Positions 60,101-64,000 of a DNA stretch of 64,000 nt are shown piece after piece. The stretch spans positions 5,796-69,795 of the forward strand of contig NZWE01000008.1 of the NCBI GenBank assembly GCA_002697535.1, read 5' to 3'. The notes beneath the pieces are model-generated. The model did not search any database, was not told the DNA's origin, and was given only the letters and a program-made list of their open reading frames with translations. Made by a program: the position numbers and the translations under genes. This stretch comes from Actinomycetota bacterium (GTDB lineage: Bacteria > Margulisbacteria > Marinamargulisbacteria > GCA-2716485 > GCA-002719695). Positions within the stretch are counted from its first letter, which is position 1, and every line of letters starts with the position of its first letter.

Positions 60101-60690
60101 TTAAAAAATATCAATTTATTTATAAGGCATTTAATATATTTATTTCTTCTAATGAACTTTTACATGAGTCTATCAAAGTTTCTTCTAAAAAGACCATTTT
60201 AACTCAACAACTACGCTCTCAAGCTTATTATAAAAGATTTGACATAAGCACCCTTGAGGACCTTAAAACACCACAAGAAATACTTAAACTTACTGTAAAT
60301 ATCAATGAATTAGAGAAGCTATTTAAAGCTGTCAAAACACAATACTTTTCTCAAGCTTCTACATTCATGATTCAATCATGTAGAGAAATATTGATCCACT
60401 GCAGAAATGTTCAATATGATCCAGCAAAACAAACTATTCTTAAATCTCAAATGCCAACTATCCATCCATCCACAAATCTTCTTATCGATAAAGACAAAGA
60501 CTTACGTTGGTTATTATATAAATCTAGCAACCTTTTATCTCAATTTTTGCATAAGCTTGATACACTCATTATTGAAGACACCTTGACTTTAACACAAATA
60601 AACAATGAATATGAAAAATTAATAAAACAAAGCAATCCTCTTATCAAATTTCAAGAAAAGCCGCTAACACCAAAAACTACAAGAAAATAA
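57124..60690 (+). CDS. Giant uncharacterised protein (1188 aa): Pro/Ser/Thr-rich N terminus, mostly helical body
   Basis: Long uninterrupted ORF; LTPPSSPTPPSSRSPTPTTTPRVSRPTSPNPTSPPAQLPPPLPNPLP N terminus; no recognised domain. Confidence 0.8.
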   Translation: MFHRLTPPSSPTPPSSRSPTPTTTPRVSRPTSPNPTSPPAQLPPPLPNPLPDQQSTSINHPAKPTKKALEETRDTELLDINEKIQICLNLIPNRCEEDILYINKHGLSYCQSNKDELDKLTPEDLLFDFLFQRRNHMLKTLLTYKDYKTCEDHFNMAILKLKQQEFDHKIFNQEISTIFNIHYDIYNKYKSTAYIRKLFERLLEAVNVHKNEWDSLFITVEKKFFLTETLKLNFKEFFSLDYLSRFSNDSPDFNPFPPDSSKFMPLNLIHVLFCLSLNLRPLLVESPKEDTAIPFRTIIPRAINPDINLAQYLEDDKTYIMVQARARTNLDSKIAFLKNLNQFTEELLQHLTYKALSTDLIGTASEQFHIKILSIFSEQIEHSFYSWLSSFAYEVSNNAEYSKDLQHVKALIPHSFNRLKKELEIFDLMDFLRNYRDHEEIISRYTELLGYPFKSLDNIETYLHCLDVDTNSNFQLIITLHDVTSFYFDKPRGSITFFLDYIVTFIDSATTFEVFQGRLNQLQHPKYKLTQDNLAEFHGLKQDLLQRIDDTSDPKENNTKEAKSYIKSLQEFGIFTFELESDVQEPNSKTTFLKQLTIFYETKKTLLEKYKNHHDIKLCQFLTQSLDDLNNLDQIIQNQNDLLREEAAESSNTHQQKKRPKKKNHSKPKSPKTDVPKLTPPSSLISERDTITTNWKKAKEQLQTIAKKNDSLLQLESFGNIFAKIQHLKKDDLKSQGIDPQVLQEETEKINALSNEFDLAINKHLYTEFYNQLNQFISSFSSPYFKPTVIVNQLLLDDTIYNPPKMISDLAKTPESQKEIKICMTILNPLSAKTKIILPLLTQYYESYTMMKDSKLNLVTKGFKESEIDTYISQSFNSDLTSPDLNQDLLIKNTQLLGSINSHFQKICEYFDSNQKIYAQLNNNISRLSSLNFDGKAIANTLCHSLDPSQSLSDLDPSSLNGIDLFLNSEQLLKKTSLLTQLNSKLDNDVALFKKYQFIYKAFNIFISSNELLHESIKVSSKKTILTQQLRSQAYYKRFDISTLEDLKTPQEILKLTVNINELEKLFKAVKTQYFSQASTFMIQSCREILIHCRNVQYDPAKQTILKSQMPTIHPSTNLLIDKDKDLRWLLYKSSNLLSQFLHKLDTLIIEDTLTLTQINNEYEKLIKQSNPLIKFQEKPLTPKTTRK

Positions 60691-60777
60691 AAATCGATAG
60701 CAAAGCAACCATAAGCCAAACAACAGCAAAAGCTAAGCATTACTCCTAAATGGTCACTTTTTATAGTTAAACCCTTA

Positions 60778-60926
60778 ACCCTAATCATCAACTCATCTTT
60801 TTTCTTAAAAATCTCTTCTATCTTTTCATCCTTACAAAAGTTCTAGATTATTTATTAAAAATCATACATAATATCTTTTTATTTATTAAAAATTTATACA
60901 AAAAAAACAACAAACACTCATTAATC
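60778..60926 (+). repeat. Leader copy B, upstream of the second giant ORF
   Basis: Core ttctagattatttattaaaaatcatacataatatctttttatttattaaaaatttatacaaaaaaaacaacaaacactcattaatc. Confidence 0.75.
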
Positions 60927-63900
60927 ATGATCCGATCATTCTCTCCATCTTCCACCTGCCCCACCCACTCCAGAATAAGTATACATCGTACTTTTTTTCC
61001 ACCGATTCCTCATGACTATTTACAGGATCTTCAACATGCCAACTCTTCGCTAAACGATCGATATCATTTTAAGAATCTTTCTACGGAATATACTTTGAAT
61101 AGCGCATTGCCAATCTCTCCACCTTATTTGCATCCAGATGATACGAATCCTTGTTCTTCTAAAGTGGTAGATTGCTATAACAAATTAAAAAAACTTGATC
61201 GATCAACACCCTGTTTAACACGAAAATTAGATTTTTATTTTATTTATCTTCATACTAAGCCTAAATATAAAACCTATTTACTAGATGTTCTTGATAAAAA
61301 ACAGGCCTCTATAACAATCCAAGACTTAACAACCTTCTTTTTAAAATCGAGACGTCTGCACGATGCCTATGAATTATTACCTTTTGCTGATCTTGATACC
61401 CTTGCATTAAAACTTGATCAGGCTTTACGTTTACCTGAAAATGCCCCATATCCAAACCATCTTTTTGACAAGCAGTTTTCTTTATTTGAACTTCCTAAGC
61501 CTAAGTCTAAGTCAACTTCTGAATTCAACTCTATTGCCGAAACTTTATATAGACAACTCCAGCAAGATATTCCTAAGTTAAAAGATACTTGGTTAAATCA
61601 CTATTACAATGCTTTTCCAGAAACACAAAATTCTAAACTTCTTGAAGAATGTAAAAAACTTATTCCCACTTCTTTTGTAGTTCAACTAGATTCTTCTATG
61701 TCCTCCTTAAACAATTTCATCCGTACTATATCAAGACTTCGTATGTATCTTCATCCTATGCTTCATCAGAGCTTTCCTGAGGAACGTGTCATAAAGCGAT
61801 TTAATAGTCTAATAGATGATACGAAAGACAAGAAACATGCTACTTTAAACTCTTACTTACAATTTATTACTCTAACATACCTATCTTCTAACCAAACTAA
61901 AGAACAAATAAAATTATATGATACTTTTTTTGAGCAGCTTCATAAAATTTTAATTGGCAAAGCGATAACACAAAAAGATTTTTTTTCCTCAGAACTATTT
62001 AAGCTTGTTATCCCAGAAGATGTTCAACATGCCGTCCAGACTTGGTTATATTCATGTTATCACGATCTTAAATTACAACGTGAAAAAACTCCACTCGAAG
62101 ATCAACTAATAACTATTAAATCCTCCTTTACTTTGCTACTAGAAACTTTGGAATTCTTTTACATTAACACTACAATAAATCCACCTGATGACAGTTTTAC
62201 CTCCTTATTCATTAACACAATGATAAACAATAATTCAAATAAAGACTCAATTAAAAGAATTTTAACACCTATTATCAAGTCCTCTGACAATCCTCAATCA
62301 TTATCATTTCAGGATATTAAAAACACTCTATCAACTTTGTATAATTGCCATCACTTACCTTCTACTATGGTTCGATCTACAATTTGCAAATCTAGCGCAA
62401 CTTTATTAGAGTTCCAACACGCGCATGATCAATTAAATACTCTATTTGAGAATAGACAAGGTAGCTTTAGTTTTATTTTAGAAGCCTATCTTACCCCTAT
62501 CTTCTCATCAGATAATTATGACCTTATATTAGATAATCTATCAAAATTAGTTAAACCAATTGAAATACAAGATAAGGATTCTATTTTAGAATTTCATCGT
62601 AAAAAAGATACAGCATTATCTTTTTCTGAAAATAATATACGCGAGATTATCTCTTCTTTACAATCTGAAATTAAGATGGACGATACTACAGCCTCTTTAC
62701 AAGCTGAAAATAACATACGCGAGATTATCCCTTCTTTACAATCTGAAATTAAGATGGACGAGACTACAGCCTCTTTACAAGCTGCAATTAAGATGTACGA
62801 GACTATTGCCTCTTTACAATACAACTCGTTACATCATTTTCCGTTAGATGAATTTATTAAATTTCATACTCTTAAAGAATCTCTTCCAATAACGTTTCCT
62901 GATAGACCCTCAATCCTAGATAAGACTAATTTTATTGATATTTTTACTCAGAAAAAGATTGATGAATGGGAAGCGGAAATAAAAATAGATAGCTGTATTA
63001 ACTTATTAGAGTTTTCAAATTCTTTAAACGAAACACAAAAAGAAAAGATGAAGCAGTGGGACACAGATAAGAAAATTTTGAAACAAGAGGGAGTCCAATA
63101 TTATCTCGATCATTATGATACACTTGCTAATTTAAATCGAGATGAATTACTTACACAGTTATTATATTATCCTCGTATTTATAACATAAACAGTATTTTA
63201 CCCCTATCCGAATATGTTAAGTTTAAAAAAGATTTAAAATTAATCATTGATTGCATAAAAAAAGACCAATTATATGATAACCTTGATATTTTTAAAAAGC
63301 CTTATATTACTCTTATAGATTGCCCTCATACTCTTTATGATAATGTTACAAAAAAAGAAAAATTAGATTTAATCTTTCTTAATGTCTATGAACTGCTAGA
63401 AAAGAAAATCACTAAATCACAAAATGAATTTAATGCCTTATTGGAAACGTTATCCAAAAAAACTAATTTACCTGATTTATTAAAAAAACAATGTAAGCAG
63501 TTTCTGACTCATATATCGTTATCAGCACTTTCATTTAAAAGCTCTGACCTTTCTCAAACTAATTTATTAAACCTCCAATTTCAGGTTCTAATGCTTATAT
63601 CTGGTAAAATCCGTCCCATTCTTACCTCCGGTTTTAGTAAAGAAATCGATTATGATCATCCTGTCACCTCTGATCCTCCCCCTGCCCTTAAGGCTTTTAA
63701 TGCTATTTGGTCAGATTTGGTACCACAGGCTCTTTGTTGTCAAAATCCTGATCAATTTTTAAAAAAATATAATGATTTTATCGATAAGCTTTGCAAACAT
63801 ATCTTTACAGAAATTACAAAACATAATCAGTTTTCTTTATTATTAAATAAAATGATTTTTCCGATATCATTAATAACCACACCTTTTATTTCGTTGCTAT

Positions 63901-64000
63901 CGTATATTGAATATGAATTTTGTAACCAATCATCTTCTGATTTTACTAAAGATCAATACTTAGAATCATTTAATAGATCCTTTCAATTATTACAAAAAAA
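60927..64000 (+). CDS. Second giant uncharacterised protein, truncated by window end (at least 1024 aa)
   Basis: Manual translation of the frame starting MIRSFSPSSTCPTHSRISIHRTFFPPIPHDYLQDLQ and ending NRSFQLLQKK; no stop seen. Absent from ORF track probably because it lacks a stop. Confidence 0.8.
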   Translation, partial: MIRSFSPSSTCPTHSRISIHRTFFPPIPHDYLQDLQHANSSLNDRYHFKNLSTEYTLNSALPISPPYLHPDDTNPCSSKVVDCYNKLKKLDRSTPCLTRKLDFYFIYLHTKPKYKTYLLDVLDKKQASITIQDLTTFFLKSRRLHDAYELLPFADLDTLALKLDQALRLPENAPYPNHLFDKQFSLFELPKPKSKSTSEFNSIAETLYRQLQQDIPKLKDTWLNHYYNAFPETQNSKLLEECKKLIPTSFVVQLDSSMSSLNNFIRTISRLRMYLHPMLHQSFPEERVIKRFNSLIDDTKDKKHATLNSYLQFITLTYLSSNQTKEQIKLYDTFFEQLHKILIGKAITQKDFFSSELFKLVIPEDVQHAVQTWLYSCYHDLKLQREKTPLEDQLITIKSSFTLLLETLEFFYINTTINPPDDSFTSLFINTMINNNSNKDSIKRILTPIIKSSDNPQSLSFQDIKNTLSTLYNCHHLPSTMVRSTICKSSATLLEFQHAHDQLNTLFENRQGSFSFILEAYLTPIFSSDNYDLILDNLSKLVKPIEIQDKDSILEFHRKKDTALSFSENNIREIISSLQSEIKMDDTTASLQAENNIREIIPSLQSEIKMDETTASLQAAIKMYETIASLQYNSLHHFPLDEFIKFHTLKESLPITFPDRPSILDKTNFIDIFTQKKIDEWEAEIKIDSCINLLEFSNSLNETQKEKMKQWDTDKKILKQEGVQYYLDHYDTLANLNRDELLTQLLYYPRIYNINSILPLSEYVKFKKDLKLIIDCIKKDQLYDNLDIFKKPYITLIDCPHTLYDNVTKKEKLDLIFLNVYELLEKKITKSQNEFNALLETLSKKTNLPDLLKKQCKQFLTHISLSALSFKSSDLSQTNLLNLQFQVLMLISGKIRPILTSGFSKEIDYDHPVTSDPPPALKAFNAIWSDLVPQALCCQNPDQFLKKYNDFIDKLCKHIFTEITKHNQFSLLLNKMIFPISLITTPFISLLSYIEYEFCNQSSSDFTKDQYLESFNRSFQLLQK
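62626..62820 (+). repeat. In-frame tandem repeat: two 78-bp units plus a 39-bp partial, i.e. five 13-aa units
   Basis: ENNIREIISSLQS/EIKMDDTTASLQA/ENNIREIIPSLQS/EIKMDETTASLQA/AIKMYETIASLQY. Confidence 0.9.

Noticed and set aside
62594-62824. 76-aa minus-strand ORF with repeated CKEAVVSSILIS
   Set aside because: Antisense shadow of the 13-aa tandem repeats in the long plus-strand ORF.

Overview
An AT-rich, densely coded bacterial chromosome segment from an apparent diderm: lptF/G-like permease, LptD-like protein, lnt, split rfaE1/rfaE2, ExbB/ExbD/TonB and a porin. No rRNA, tRNA, CRISPR array or transposase was recognised. Housekeeping blocks include miaA, pgpH/yqfF, ybeY, dgkA, a CNNM/CorC-type transporter, rlmD, fur, ndh-2, apbE-nqrFEDCBA, rlmN, holB, rpsU, pabC-pabB, lepA and an MBL-fold hydrolase. 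The most unusual part is a minus-strand flagellar-type operon (50326..39969): fliK-like, flhB-CTD-like, flgF, flgG, flgA, flgH, flgI, flgJ-N, fliA, flgB, flgC, fliE, fliF, fliG-like. Its FlgF-, FlgJ-, FlgB- and FlgC-like rod proteins all begin with apparent Sec signal peptides. Its FliG-like protein is only 208 aa and lacks room for the torque-generating C-terminal domain. It may be a flagellum-derived, non-rotary envelope structure with partly Sec-routed rod components. A second notable area is the right end: two giant uncharacterised ORFs (1188 aa, and at least 1024 aa running off the window) preceded by near-duplicate leader sequences, one containing tandem 13-aa repeats. A third is a small IQ-motif/proline-rich ORF flanked by imperfect direct repeats. 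Taxonomy is not determinable here; a candidate-phylum lineage is only a guess. All domain calls are from reading the sequences, with no database search.
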